From Pseudomonadota bacterium (GTDB lineage: Bacteria > Pseudomonadota > Alphaproteobacteria > Rhizobiales > CBDHHC01), in assembly GCA_039033475.1 (NCBI GenBank), contig JBCCCO010000002.1:3294-67293 (forward strand): a DNA stretch of 64,000 nt, in the 5' to 3' direction. How positions within the stretch are numbered: position 1 is the stretch's first letter; the number at the start of each line of letters is the position of its first letter. Below are positions 1 to 10,415 of the stretch, in pieces. A program made the position numbers and the translations under genes. The notes below the pieces were generated by a model. The model was not told the origin of the DNA. It ran no database searches and saw only the letters and a program-made list of their open reading frames with translations.

Positions 1-34
1 GTTCTTCACATGGGCTCCAAATAAAAATTATCTC

Positions 35-1207
35 ATGGTATTGCGAGCGTTGAGATTCTTTGGCGTTTTGTATGTTGTATTATGCGTAAGCGTTACCCAG
101 CAAAGTTTCGCAAATTTTGAATCAAGTGCCTCCCATGCCATATTGATGGACTCAGAAACAAACTCTGTTCTGTATGAGAAAAAAGCAGATGAGCTTATGT
201 ATCCAGCAAGCATGAGCAAGCTCATGACCCTTGCGCTTGTTTTCCGAGAGATGAGTAGCGGAAAACTCAAACTTGATGATGAAATCTTTATCAGTGTAAA
301 TGCATGGCGTAATGGCGGGGCACCGTCCCGAACATCAGCCATGTTTGCCAGCGTCAAGTCCAAAGTAAGCTTAAAAGATATCTTGCAAGGCATTGTTGTT
401 CAATCCGGAAATGATGCGAGCATTGCCATAGCTGAAGCCATGTATGGGTCGGAACAAGCTTTTGCAGAAGAAATGACAAAGCTTGCCAGAGAGCTTGGCC
501 TTTCAAAATCTATTTTCTCTAATGCGACTGGTTTGCCCAGCCCAAACCACAAAATGACAGCCCGTGAACTGGCGGAATTATCTATTTATCTGATCAAAAC
601 ATATCCAGAGTATTACACATACTTTGCGCAAAAAGAGTTTAAGTATAAGCGCTACCGTTTCATTAATCGCAACCCTCTGCTGTCTCAAAATATAGGCGTT
701 GATGGTTTGAAAACCGGTTTTGTGAAAGATGCTGGATACGGCATAACAATATCAGCAAAAAGAGGGGACCGTAGGCTTGTCGCGGTTATAAATGGCCTGA
801 AATCCAAGAAAGAACGCACGTCTGAAGCGCGCCGTTTGCTGGAATGGGGATTTCGTAGTTTTAAATCATTCCGGCTATTTAACCCAGATGAAACTGTGGG
901 ATATATCAGAGTTTGGGGCGGAGAAAAAACATACCTTCCGCTAACCGGAGATGAAAATGGCGTGAACATTTATCTTCCGCGAATTGGAGATAGCCGTTTA
1001 AGAGCGTCTATTGTGTATGATGGTCCTCTGAAAACACCAATCAAAAAAGGCCAGAAGGTCGCAAGTTTGCGTATTAGAACGCAAGGCAGCACCTCAACGC
1101 AAGTTCCGCTGTATGCCGCAGAGACTGTTAAACCAAGCGGTTTTATTTGGCAAGGCATCGATTCTCTTATATTTTTAGCATTTGGTTGGCTTTACCATGC
1201 GATATAA
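35..1207 (+). CDS. D-alanyl-D-alanine carboxypeptidase (PBP5/6-type, peptidase S11)
   Basis: 390-aa ORF with hydrophobic N-terminal signal-like segment; SxxK (SMSK), SxN (SGN) and KTG motifs in canonical order. Confidence 0.9.
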   Translation: MVLRALRFFGVLYVVLCVSVTQQSFANFESSASHAILMDSETNSVLYEKKADELMYPASMSKLMTLALVFREMSSGKLKLDDEIFISVNAWRNGGAPSRTSAMFASVKSKVSLKDILQGIVVQSGNDASIAIAEAMYGSEQAFAEEMTKLARELGLSKSIFSNATGLPSPNHKMTARELAELSIYLIKTYPEYYTYFAQKEFKYKRYRFINRNPLLSQNIGVDGLKTGFVKDAGYGITISAKRGDRRLVAVINGLKSKKERTSEARRLLEWGFRSFKSFRLFNPDETVGYIRVWGGEKTYLPLTGDENGVNIYLPRIGDSRLRASIVYDGPLKTPIKKGQKVASLRIRTQGSTSTQVPLYAAETVKPSGFIWQGIDSLIFLAFGWLYHAI

Positions 1208-1266
1208 AAAACAAAAATAGAGCTGATCCAATGTTAAATGGTTTATTTTTAAAGATACTCTCAGTT

Positions 1267-1292
1267 CGTCATTCCAGCGAAAGCTGGAATCT
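1267..1292 (+). repeat. Palindromic intergenic element core (single copy)
   Basis: CGTCATTCCAGCGAAAGCTGGAATCT; 8-bp stem ATTCCAGC/GCTGGAAT around GAAA; possible degenerate inverted partner at 1308-1337. Confidence 0.85.
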
Positions 1293-1415
1293 AAACAGAA
1301 ATGCAAAGAGATCTTCTGACTTATCGTTGGGATGATCCCTTTTGTTTGTATAAATGAATAAATCAAAGTCATTTTAATCAGACGAGCTGTAGTCATATTG
1401 ATATAGGACACTTAA

Positions 1416-2054
1416 ATGGCCTACGGAAAATTTATTACCTTCGAGGGAGGAGAGGGGGCAGGCAAAACAACCCAAATGGCCCACCTCGCAAGACGGTTGG
1501 AAAATGCAGGTGTTGATGTCAGGCAAACCCGAGAGCCAGGTGGTTCCCCACGCGCCGAACAAATACGCGAGGTTTTGCTCAAAGGTGTTGGCAAAAGTTT
1601 AGGCTCTATGGCTGAAACTTTGTTGTTTTTTGCCGCCAGAGAAGATCATTTGGAAAAAACCATTCGTCCGTTCTTACGCGCCGGAGGCTGGGTAATATCA
1701 GATAGGTTTACCGATTCTACAAGAGCGTACCAAGGTGCTGTTGGCGGTGTTTCTGAGGAGGTCTTAGATTATCTTGAAGATATTATCGTAGGCTCAACCC
1801 GTCCGTATTATACAATCATTCTTGATATTCCTGCAAAAGAGGGGTTGGCCCGGGCAGCCGCAAGGCGGCAAAAAGATGAAGTGCCAGACCGCTTTGAAGC
1901 TATGGACATTGACTTTCACAATAAGTTACGCCAAGCTTTTTTAAAAATTGCAACAAAAGAGCCAGAGCGCTGCGTTGTCATTAATGCCAACGCAACAGAA
2001 GCCCATGTTGCTGATGAAATCTGGAAATCGGTAAAACAGCGTTTTTCGATTTAA
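1416..2054 (+). CDS. tmk: thymidylate kinase
   Basis: 212 aa; N-terminal FITFEGGEGAGKTT P-loop, DRF/TDS motifs typical of dTMP kinase. Confidence 0.93.
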   Translation: MAYGKFITFEGGEGAGKTTQMAHLARRLENAGVDVRQTREPGGSPRAEQIREVLLKGVGKSLGSMAETLLFFAAREDHLEKTIRPFLRAGGWVISDRFTDSTRAYQGAVGGVSEEVLDYLEDIIVGSTRPYYTIILDIPAKEGLARAAARRQKDEVPDRFEAMDIDFHNKLRQAFLKIATKEPERCVVINANATEAHVADEIWKSVKQRFSI

Positions 2055-2063
2055 ATTCTCTCT

Positions 2064-2205
2064 GTTATTGATAAGGAAAAAGTACTTAAAGCATCAAATC
2101 TTTCCGCCGTCATTCCCGCGAAAGCGGGAATCTCAGCGAAAATCACCGAGAGATCCCCGCTTTCGCGGGGATGACAGGGGAGGGTTTTATATTTTTATTC
2201 ATCAA
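2064..2205. repeat. Full-length nested palindromic element (arm-core / core-arm), MITE/REP-like
   Basis: Cores CCGCCGTCATTCCCGCGAAAGCGGGAATCTC (2104-2134) and inverted GAGAGATCCCCGCTTTCGCGGGGATGAC (2148-2175); left arm GTTATTGATAAGGAAAAAGTAC... is near-identical to the arm at 9733-9783. Confidence 0.85.
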
Positions 2206-2246
2206 CAATTGGGGTTGCTCAGTTGCCAATTTAACCTAAAAATCAA

Positions 2247-3386
2247 ATGCCTCGCAAAAAAACAACAAAAATAAGCGATGAATCCCCACTACCAGAAGCA
2301 GACCGCTTTGGAATATTTCCGCATCCTCGTGAAACCTTAGAACTCTATGGGCATGACAAACCCAAACAAGATATTCTTCAGGCGTGGCAACTCGGAAGAA
2401 TGCATCATGCATGGATTCTATCAGGACCAACAGGCATTGGTAAAGCAACATTTGCATATCATATTGCACGGATTATCTTACAGCATGATACCGCATCAGA
2501 TGTCGCTCCGCAAACAAGCAGCCCAGAGCCAGACGATCAAATCACCCGTCAAATTGCGGCCCTCTCCCACCCAAATATGCTGGTTCTGCGCCGCATTTGG
2601 GATGCGAAAACAGGGCGATTTTCAACAGGTATCCCGGTCAGTGAAGTCAGACGGTTGCGAAATTTCGTTGGCATGACAGGAGAGCAGGGGCGCTGGCGTG
2701 TTGTGATTATCGACAGAGCAGATGAGATGAATATCAACGCTGCCAATGCGGTTCTAAAATCTTTAGAAGAACCCCCTGCATTTTGCATCTTCTTTCTCAT
2801 CACAGAAACATTAGGCAAACTCCCGATAACAATAAGGTCTAGGTGTCGCAAATTAGCGTTCAATACCTTATCTTTGCAAGATGTGACTCAATCAGTACAA
2901 AATGTATGCTCGAGCCAGGGTATCGATCCACCAGACCATGCTAAAATGGAAATCTTGCATGGTGTTGCCAAAGGTAGCGTCCAAAGAATGCTCGATATGA
3001 TGCAAAACAAAGGGCTGGACACTTATGAAAATCTGCTCGCACTTTTGCAAACCTTACCAAGGTTAGACATAGCCAAAATGCACGCACTGGCAGATAAATT
3101 AGCCTCAGCTCAGGCTCAAAAAGAATTTGAAATGTTTTTTATGCTATTAACAGATATTATACAGCGCGGTGTGCGTGTTGCAGCAGGTCATGGCACCGCG
3201 CCCGAACGGGAAATATCCATCGCCTTAAAGCTTATAAATCAACAGACCCTTGCACAATGGGCTGAGCTATGGGAAACAGTGGTGCAAGCGAAAAACGAGA
3301 CCATGGCACTTAATCTTGACCGTAAGACGTTTATACTAAATATATTTCAAAAATTGCAGACTGTCACAGCTAATGCCCGACCATAA
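2247..3386 (+). CDS. holB: DNA polymerase III subunit delta prime
   Basis: 379 aa; AAA+ clamp-loader pattern (GPTGIGKAT Walker A, SRC motif in TIRSRCRKL); follows tmk as in many bacteria. Confidence 0.88.
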   Translation: MPRKKTTKISDESPLPEADRFGIFPHPRETLELYGHDKPKQDILQAWQLGRMHHAWILSGPTGIGKATFAYHIARIILQHDTASDVAPQTSSPEPDDQITRQIAALSHPNMLVLRRIWDAKTGRFSTGIPVSEVRRLRNFVGMTGEQGRWRVVIIDRADEMNINAANAVLKSLEEPPAFCIFFLITETLGKLPITIRSRCRKLAFNTLSLQDVTQSVQNVCSSQGIDPPDHAKMEILHGVAKGSVQRMLDMMQNKGLDTYENLLALLQTLPRLDIAKMHALADKLASAQAQKEFEMFFMLLTDIIQRGVRVAAGHGTAPEREISIALKLINQQTLAQWAELWETVVQAKNETMALNLDRKTFILNIFQKLQTVTANARP

Positions 3387-4941
3387 AAAATACTATATCA
3401 CCACAGCCATTTCATACCCCAATGGTTCTCCTCATATTGGCCACGCTTATGAAGCCATTGCCACTGATGCTCTGGCCCGGTTTAAGCGGTTGGATGGATA
3501 TGATGTGTTTTTTCTTACCGGAACAGATGAGCACGGCATAAAGATGCTTCAAACCGCCAGGAATGAAGGTATAACACCAAAACAATTGGCAGATAAAAAC
3601 ACAGATAAATTCAAGCACATGGTAGAAGCATTAAGCTGCTCCCACGATGATTTTATTAGAACAAGTGAGCAGCGGCATCATGTTGCAAGTCAAGACATCT
3701 GGCAACGCATGAATGAGGCCGGCGATATTTATCTCGACAGCTATGCTGGCTGGTATTCAGTACGCGATGAAGCTTATTACGAGGAAAAAGAACTCACCAA
3801 AGCGCAAGATGGAACAAAGCTCTCCCCGCAAGGTACACCTGTGGAATGGGTGGAAGAAGAAAGCTATTTTTTTAAGCTCTCGGCCTACCAGGACAAGTTG
3901 CTAGAGCTATACCAAACGCAGCCAGATTTTATCGGTCCAGAAAGCCGTCGCAATGAAGTAATGTCCTTCGTAAAAGGCGGCCTGCGTGATTTATCAATTT
4001 CCCGCACGACATTTGATTGGGGCGTTGATGTTCCGCAAGATGGAAAAACAGATAAAGACCACGTGATGTATGTTTGGGTTGATGCGCTCACCAATTATCT
4101 CACTGGAATTGGCTATCCAGATACAGACAGCCAAAGCTATCAAAACTATTGGCCTGCGGATGTGCATATTATCGGCAAAGACATTATCCGCTTTCATACG
4201 GTGTACTGGCCTGCGTTTTTAATGTCTGCGAAACTCCCTTTGCCAAAGCGTGTGTTTGGCCATGGTTTTTTGTTTAACAAAGGCGAGAAAATGTCTAAGT
4301 CCGTAGGCAATGTGATTGACCCATTTGCCTTAGCAAAAGAATATGGCATTGACCAGTTGCGATATTTCTTGCTTCGCGATGTACCCTTTGGTCAAGATGG
4401 CAATTATTCCCATGAAGCAATAGTTGCGAGAATAAATGCCGATTTGGCAAATGATTTGGGGAATTTGGCCCAAAGGTCACTATCCATGATTGCAAAAAAC
4501 TGTGATGGGCTTTTACCAGAACCACAAGATTTGACAGATGAAGATTCCACTATTCTGAGCATGGCAGATAATTTGCTGCCAGATATACGTAAAGAAATTG
4601 ACCATCAAGCCATACATAAAGCAATTGAGCGTATTTGGTTTGTGGTCGGTGAAGCAAATAAATATTTTGCCGCGCAAGAACCCTGGGCCTTAAAGAAAAC
4701 CAACCCAGCTCGCATGGGTACAGTCTTATACGTTACAGCAGAAGTGGTGCGCCAGGTGACCATTCTAGCTCAGCCCATTATGCCAACATTAACAAAACAG
4801 CTGCTTGCCTTATTGCAGGTCACCGATGAAAACGATATGCAATATAGTGCCTTGGGAGAGAAAGGCCGCCTGAAACCAGGAATTGAGATTGCCAAACCCA
4901 CCCCCGTATTCCCCAGGTATGTTGAGGAGGAGATAAATTGA
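3373..4941 (+). CDS. metG: methionine--tRNA ligase
   Basis: 522 aa; class I HIGH (PHIGHAYE) and KMSKS motifs; overlaps holB by 14 nt. Confidence 0.95.
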   Translation: MPDHKKYYITTAISYPNGSPHIGHAYEAIATDALARFKRLDGYDVFFLTGTDEHGIKMLQTARNEGITPKQLADKNTDKFKHMVEALSCSHDDFIRTSEQRHHVASQDIWQRMNEAGDIYLDSYAGWYSVRDEAYYEEKELTKAQDGTKLSPQGTPVEWVEEESYFFKLSAYQDKLLELYQTQPDFIGPESRRNEVMSFVKGGLRDLSISRTTFDWGVDVPQDGKTDKDHVMYVWVDALTNYLTGIGYPDTDSQSYQNYWPADVHIIGKDIIRFHTVYWPAFLMSAKLPLPKRVFGHGFLFNKGEKMSKSVGNVIDPFALAKEYGIDQLRYFLLRDVPFGQDGNYSHEAIVARINADLANDLGNLAQRSLSMIAKNCDGLLPEPQDLTDEDSTILSMADNLLPDIRKEIDHQAIHKAIERIWFVVGEANKYFAAQEPWALKKTNPARMGTVLYVTAEVVRQVTILAQPIMPTLTKQLLALLQVTDENDMQYSALGEKGRLKPGIEIAKPTPVFPRYVEEEIN

Positions 4942-5005
4942 GTTAATTGAAGCGGATAATCCTGAGTGGAGAGATTTATATTTTGATATTTTTTGAAAAG
5001 CAGAT

Positions 5006-5032
5006 GAGATTCCAGCTTTCGCTGGAATGACG
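5006..5032 (-). repeat. Palindromic intergenic element core (inverted orientation)
   Basis: GAGATTCCAGCTTTCGCTGGAATGACG = reverse complement of family core. Confidence 0.85.
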
Positions 5033-5128
5033 CATGAATTAAGTTTGGTGTATGAGGTGAAAACTAAAGATTCCATAAAAACTAACAAAAAATGAGATGC
5101 GTAGTATTGCTAAAAAAACTCTCTGTTT

Positions 5129-5154
5129 CGTCATTCCAGCGAAAGCTGGAATCT
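5129..5154 (+). repeat. Palindromic intergenic element core
   Basis: CGTCATTCCAGCGAAAGCTGGAATCT, identical to the copy at 1267-1292; upstream arm ...AAAAAACTCTCTGTTT resembles the arm at 45911-45922. Confidence 0.85.
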
Positions 5155-5213
5155 AAAAACAATTTATAAAAACTTTAAATTCAGTAATTAATTAAAGCTA
5201 AGAATACAAAGAC

Positions 5214-6023
5214 ATGTTCATCATAGACAGCCATTGCCATTTAGACTATCCGCCACTTAGCGAGAACGTTACAGGCGTTCTAGAGCGCGCATGGGACGTA
5301 AACGTAAAACTGATGCTGACCATTTCAACGCGCGTTAAGGAATTTCAAAAACTTAAAAACATTATTGAAAAGAACGACAATGTCTATGGCTCGGTTGGAA
5401 CACATCCCCACAATGCCGATGAAGAGTTGGATGTCACAGCACAAGACCTCATAGACATGGCAAAGCATCCAAAAGTCGTCGCCATTGGCGAAGTGGGGCT
5501 GGATTATTATTACGATAACGCCCCAAGACAAGCCCAAGCGCAAGGTTTTCGCACACATATTGAAGCCGCACGGCAAACAGGCCTTCCATTGGTTATACAC
5601 TCTCGCGATGCTGAAACAGATACCATCGCAATCCTCGAAGAGGAAATGGCCAAAGGTTCATTTAAACCTTTGTTGCATTGCTTTTCATCAAAGAGAGAAT
5701 TGGCGATGCGGGGATTAGAATTAGGCGCATATATATCTGTATCAGGAATTATCACATACAAAAATGCAGAAGATATCCGTGAAACCATAAAAGATGTGCC
5801 GTTAGACCGTCTGCTGGTGGAAACAGATGCGCCCTATCTTGCGCCAACGCCTCATCGCGGCAAAAAAAATGAACCCTCTTTTGTGGTGCATACACTTGAA
5901 AAATTAGCAGAAATCAAAGGTGTGAGCAAAGAGCATATGGCGCAACAAACGTCAGAGAACTTTTTTCAATTGTTTTCAAAAGTGAAAGCACCGGAAACCT
6001 TTACAAAAAGTGCTGCTGAATGA
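5214..6023 (+). CDS. TatD-family metal-dependent hydrolase/DNase
   Basis: 269 aa; IDSHCHLD N-terminal metal-binding motif, later VIHSRDA and ETDAPYL motifs. Confidence 0.9.
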   Translation: MFIIDSHCHLDYPPLSENVTGVLERAWDVNVKLMLTISTRVKEFQKLKNIIEKNDNVYGSVGTHPHNADEELDVTAQDLIDMAKHPKVVAIGEVGLDYYYDNAPRQAQAQGFRTHIEAARQTGLPLVIHSRDAETDTIAILEEEMAKGSFKPLLHCFSSKRELAMRGLELGAYISVSGIITYKNAEDIRETIKDVPLDRLLVETDAPYLAPTPHRGKKNEPSFVVHTLEKLAEIKGVSKEHMAQQTSENFFQLFSKVKAPETFTKSAAE

Positions 6024-6832
6024 CTTTAAAATTGACCATTTTAGGATGTGGCTCTTCAACGGGTGTCCCCCGCATCGGTGGAGATTGGGGGGCGTGTGAT
6101 CCGAACAATCCCAAAAATTATAGACGCAGATGCTCGCTGCTTGTGGAGCAGGAGGCACCAGAGGGCATCACCAGAGTTATTATCGACACCTCTCCAGATA
6201 TTCGTCAACAGTTACTCGACACCAATGTAGACTGGCTTGATGGTGTGCTCTACACCCACGACCATGCCGACCACACCCATGGCATTGACGATTTGCGCAT
6301 GCTGGTAATGAACAAAAAACGCCGTGTTGATGTCTATGCGAATACAGAAACCTTAGGTGTTTTGCAAAAGCGTTTCGATTATTGTTTTACCTCTCCTGAA
6401 GGCAGCGTATATCCGCCGATTTTAAATGCAAATCTTGTCCATCCCGGTCAGCCTGTGAGCATTTCAGGTCCCGGAGGTGATATCGAAGTGCTTCCATTTT
6501 TGCAACATCACGGGCGGATTGCGTGCCTTGGTTTTCGTTTTGGCAATGTGGCATATTCGTGCGATTTGCATGATTTGCCAGAAGAGACCTTATCCCATCT
6601 GCAAAACCTTGATGTCTGGATTGTTGATGCCTTGCGCAGAAAGCCTCATCCAACCCATTTTAATTTGGAAACAACGTTATCGTGGATTGAGCGCGTGCAG
6701 CCCAAAAAAGCAATCTTAACAGATATGCATGTGGATATGGATTATCAAACGCTATGCGAGGAATTACCAAAGCATATCAGGCCAGCCTATGATGGGTTGG
6801 TAATTATTGATGGTGAAGTGCTAACGTATTGA
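6020..6832 (+). CDS. MBL-fold metallo-hydrolase (PhnP/GPMB-like)
   Basis: 270 aa; HxHxDH motif (THDHADHTHG); ATGA start/stop overlap with the tatD-like gene. Confidence 0.85.
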   Translation: MTLKLTILGCGSSTGVPRIGGDWGACDPNNPKNYRRRCSLLVEQEAPEGITRVIIDTSPDIRQQLLDTNVDWLDGVLYTHDHADHTHGIDDLRMLVMNKKRRVDVYANTETLGVLQKRFDYCFTSPEGSVYPPILNANLVHPGQPVSISGPGGDIEVLPFLQHHGRIACLGFRFGNVAYSCDLHDLPEETLSHLQNLDVWIVDALRRKPHPTHFNLETTLSWIERVQPKKAILTDMHVDMDYQTLCEELPKHIRPAYDGLVIIDGEVLTY

Positions 6833-6938
6833 AAAAATGTGATTTTTTATATTGTTTAAAATGCCATTTTATATACTCTTACATCTTTGAAATATGGTAT
6901 GTAAAAAAGGCTGCGACTCGTAAGGAATAAGAAACAAA

Positions 6939-9680
6939 GTGACCGATAACAACAACACAGTAACACCACCCCCAGGTTCAGAGCCATCTGATATCCGCCC
7001 TGTAACAATCACCGATGAGATGCAAAAATCGTATCTTGATTATGCTATGAGCGTGATTGTCTCGCGCGCGCTGCCAGATGTGCGCGATGGCTTAAAACCT
7101 GTGCACCGCCGCATCCTCTATACCATGGATGAAAATGGCCTGGAGTGGAATAAACCCTATAAAAAATCAGCACGTGTCGTCGGTGATGTTATGGGTAAAT
7201 ACCATCCTCACGGCGATCAGGCAATTTATGATGCATTGGTGCGCATGGCGCAGGATTTTTCCATGCGCTTACCCCTTATAGATGGTCAGGGCAATTTCGG
7301 TTCAATTGACAATGATCCACCAGCCGCCATGCGTTATACCGAATGCCGCTTGGAAAAAGTCGCGCACACATTACTCAATGACATTGATAAAGATACTGTT
7401 GATTTTCAGGTAAACTATGATGGCTCTGAAACCGAGCCGAAAGTTCTGCCAGCGCGGTATCCAAATTTATTGGTCAATGGGGCCGGTGGCATTGCGGTCG
7501 GGATGGCAACCAACATCCCTCCTCATAATTTGTCTGAAATTATCAATGCGTGTATTGCCCTAATGGACGCTCCTGAGATGAGCATTGAAGAGCTAAATCA
7601 GATTGTGCCCGGGCCAGATTTCCCGACAGGCGGCATTATCTTGGGCCGCATGGGGATTCGTTCTGCCTATCATAAAGGCCGTGGATCCGTTGTGATGCGT
7701 GGGCAGGTTGAGGTACAAACTATCCGCAAAGACCGTGAAGCACTCATCGTCAATGAAATTCCATATCAGGTCAACAAAGCGGCCATGATTGAGAAAATAG
7801 CAGATCTGGTACGTGACAAACGGATTGAAGGCATTAGCGACATACGTGATGAATCTGACCGCCAAGGCATGCGTGTTGTCATTGAGCTGAAACGTGATGC
7901 AGTGCCAGATGTGGTTCTAAACCAGCTCTATCGTTTTTCACCACTGCAAACAACGTTCGGCTGTAATATGGTGGCGCTCAACGGCGGACGGCCTGAGCAA
8001 CTCAATTTAAAAGACCTCATGCAGGCCTTTATCGCCTTTCGCGAGGAAGTGGTCAGCCGTAGAACCAAGTATCTGCTGAGAAAGGCTCGTGAACGTGCGC
8101 ATGTTTTGGTTGGTTTGGCGATTGCCGTTGCCAATATAGATGAAGTCATTCGTCTCATCCGCCATGCTCCAGACCCAGCTACAGCCAAAGCACAATTGCT
8201 TGAGCGCGAATGGCCTGCAGGTGATATCATCCCTCTGGTTGAGTTGATTGCAGATCCGCGCCATAAGGTTTCGGACAAGGGCACTTACCGCCTTTCAGAA
8301 GAGCAAGCCAAAGCCATTTTAGAATTGCGCTTGCAACGTCTAACAGCACTGGGCCGTGATGAAATCGATGAAGAATTAAAAACCATCGCATTGAAAATTA
8401 CAGACTACTTGGAAATTCTTGGCTCCAGAGCGCGCATCATCGATATCATCAAAACAGAACTGCTCGAAATCAAAGAGGAATTTGGGACACCACGCCGCAC
8501 GGAAATTACTGAATTTGATGGTGAGATGGAAGATGAAGATCTTATCGCCCGTGAAGATATGGTGGTTACATTCTCCCACAAAGGCTATATCAAACGCGTT
8601 CCACTCTCAACATACCGCGCTCAACGCCGTGGCGGTAAAGGGCGCGCCGGCATGGCAACACGTGATGAAGATTTTGTCACCCGTTTGTTTGTGGCCAACA
8701 CACATACGCCAATTTTGTTCTTTTCATCCAGAGGCATGGCGTACAAAATGAAGGTCTGGCGTTTGCCTGCTGCTGCACCGCAAAGCCGTGGCAAAGCGCT
8801 TATTAACATGCTGCCATTGGCACAAGATGAACGCATTACAACCATTATGCCCTTGCCAGAAGATGAAGAAAGCTGGAGCAAGTTGCACGTAATGTTCTCT
8901 ACCAAATCAGGCAATGTACGGCGCAATGACTTATCAGACTTTGTTCAAATTCAACGCAATGGCAAAATCGCCATGAAGTTGGATGATGGTGACAGTATTG
9001 TTGGGGTGCAGATTTGTAATGAATTAAATGATGTATTACTCACCACCTCAAGTGGCCAGGCAATTCGATTCCCTGTTACCGACGTTCGGGTTTTTTCTGG
9101 TCGAAATTCAGTCGGCGTGCGCGGCATTAGATTAAGCGAAAATGATGAGCTTATTTCAATGACGATCTTGCGCCATGTTGATGCCAGCGCTGATGAGCGC
9201 AGCGCATATCTCAAGCAAGCAAGTGCGATACGCCGCGGCCTTAATGGAGAAGGGGAAGAAGCCATTGAACTTGATGAAGAAAACACAACAAATGACGTAA
9301 TCCTTAGTCAAGATCGCTACGCTGAACTCAGTGCCGCAGAACAGTTTATACTCACCATATCAAGCAACGGTTTTGGCAAACGCTCATCAGCCTACGAATA
9401 TCGCATTTCCGGCCGTGGAGGTAAGGGGATCATCGCGATGACGGTAAATGAACGCAACGGCCCGCTGATAGCCACCTTCCCGGTTGAAGAAACGGACGGT
9501 ATTATGCTTGTGACCAATGGTGGAAAACTGATCCGCTGCCCCATCAATGATGTCCGCATCGCAGGTCGCAGCACACAAGGTGTGAAAATCCTAAACACAT
9601 CTGAAGGCGAAGACGTTGTCTCGGTTGAACATATTCCAGATGACGGCAGTAGCGAGGATGAGCAAGGCATGGAAGAGTAG
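6939..9680 (+). CDS. gyrA: DNA gyrase subunit A
   Basis: 913 aa, GTG start; [23 protein letters not shown], catalytic-Tyr region AAMRYTE, C-terminal beta-pinwheel repeats, acidic tail. Confidence 0.97.
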   Translation: MTDNNNTVTPPPGSEPSDIRPVTITDEMQKSYLDYAMSVIVSRALPDVRDGLKPVHRRILYTMDENGLEWNKPYKKSARVVGDVMGKYHPHGDQAIYDALVRMAQDFSMRLPLIDGQGNFGSIDNDPPAAMRYTECRLEKVAHTLLNDIDKDTVDFQVNYDGSETEPKVLPARYPNLLVNGAGGIAVGMATNIPPHNLSEIINACIALMDAPEMSIEELNQIVPGPDFPTGGIILGRMGIRSAYHKGRGSVVMRGQVEVQTIRKDREALIVNEIPYQVNKAAMIEKIADLVRDKRIEGISDIRDESDRQGMRVVIELKRDAVPDVVLNQLYRFSPLQTTFGCNMVALNGGRPEQLNLKDLMQAFIAFREEVVSRRTKYLLRKARERAHVLVGLAIAVANIDEVIRLIRHAPDPATAKAQLLEREWPAGDIIPLVELIADPRHKVSDKGTYRLSEEQAKAILELRLQRLTALGRDEIDEELKTIALKITDYLEILGSRARIIDIIKTELLEIKEEFGTPRRTEITEFDGEMEDEDLIAREDMVVTFSHKGYIKRVPLSTYRAQRRGGKGRAGMATRDEDFVTRLFVANTHTPILFFSSRGMAYKMKVWRLPAAAPQSRGKALINMLPLAQDERITTIMPLPEDEESWSKLHVMFSTKSGNVRRNDLSDFVQIQRNGKIAMKLDDGDSIVGVQICNELNDVLLTTSSGQAIRFPVTDVRVFSGRNSVGVRGIRLSENDELISMTILRHVDASADERSAYLKQASAIRRGLNGEGEEAIELDEENTTNDVILSQDRYAELSAAEQFILTISSNGFGKRSSAYEYRISGRGGKGIIAMTVNERNGPLIATFPVEETDGIMLVTNGGKLIRCPINDVRIAGRSTQGVKILNTSEGEDVVSVEHIPDDGSSEDEQGMEE

Positions 9681-9732
9681 GGAAATTCTTATTTTGAAAA
9701 TGAGCATGCAGTTTTTGTCTTAATGAATTTTA

Positions 9733-9783
9733 GTTATTGTTAAGGAAAGTACGTTTTAAACACCAAAATGTGCCACCGTCATT
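9733..9783 (+). repeat. Truncated arm of the palindromic element (core missing)
   Basis: GTTATTGTTAAGGAAAGTACGTTTTAAACACCAAAATGTGCCACCGTCATT aligns with the 2064-2113 arm but stops at GTCATT. Confidence 0.7.
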
Positions 9784-9805
9784 AAATAACAAACGATATT
9801 ATCCA

Positions 9806-10303
9806 ATGCAGAAAATAGGCTTTTATTCTGGAAGTTTTGACCCGGTCACATTGGGGCACTTGGATATTATTGAACGCAGTATTCATCTTTTTGATAAGCT
9901 TGTAATTGGCATTGGGGTTCATCATGGCAAAGCCCCATTTTTTAACGAGCAAGAACGTAAAGATATGTTGTGCGCTGAAACACAAAAAATTTCAGCAGAT
10001 ACAAGCAAACCCATAGAAATAATTAGTTTTAACAATCTCGTTGTTGATGCTGCAAGAGAGCAGGGCGCGCAAACCATTATACGCGGCCTGCGAGATAGCA
10101 GTGATTTTCGTTATGAAGCACAAATGGCGGGAATGAACAAAGCTATGAGTAAAGATATTGAAACTGTATTCCTCATTTCCTCTCCCCACCTAAAACACAT
10201 TGCCTCAAAATTCGTAAGGCAAATTGCAAATCTGGGAGGTGATGTTGCACCGTTTGTACCTCAAAGTGTGATTGAGCATTTAAAGCACAAAGGTGTAAAA
10301 TAA
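9806..10303 (+). CDS. coaD: phosphopantetheine adenylyltransferase
   Basis: Start moved to the ATG giving MQKIGFYSGSFDPVTLGHLDII (canonical T/HxGH motif near the N-terminus); the longer ORF from 9737 only reads through the repeat arm. Confidence 0.92.
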   Translation: MQKIGFYSGSFDPVTLGHLDIIERSIHLFDKLVIGIGVHHGKAPFFNEQERKDMLCAETQKISADTSKPIEIISFNNLVVDAAREQGAQTIIRGLRDSSDFRYEAQMAGMNKAMSKDIETVFLISSPHLKHIASKFVRQIANLGGDVAPFVPQSVIEHLKHKGVK

Positions 10304-10311
10304 CTCCAGTA

Positions 10312-10378
10312 GGATTAAGAAAAGTGTATTTTATACCCCAAAACGCGCCGCCGTCATTCCAGCGAAAGCTGGAATCTC
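10312..10378 (+). repeat. Palindromic element, arm plus one core
   Basis: GGATTAAGAAAAGTGTATTTTATACCCCAAAACGCGCCGCCGTCATTCCAGCGAAAGCTGGAATCTC; the arm parallels 45883-45922. Confidence 0.85.
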
Positions 10379-10415
10379 AGGCTATATATAAGGACTTTAA
10401 CTGGGGTTATTCGGA

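Noticed and set aside
2068-2274. 68-aa ORF (…PPSFPRKRESQRKSPRDPRFRGDDRGG…)
   Set aside because: It is simply the translation of the palindromic repeat pair at 2104-2175 and overlaps the holB start. Similar artefactual ORFs at 1147-1335 and 1175-1411 cross the repeat at 1267.
7593-9670. Multiple 85-118-aa antisense ORFs inside gyrA, and similar ones inside metG, ptsP, trkH, ubiB and der
   Set aside because: All are embedded in long, motif-supported genes on the opposite strand or in another frame. They are expected by chance at this GC content.
9737-9805. N-terminal extension of coaD in the ORF track (start at 9737)
   Set aside because: The extension is encoded by the truncated repeat arm. 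CoaD proteins begin a few residues before the SGSFDP.T.GH motif, which fits the ATG at 9806.
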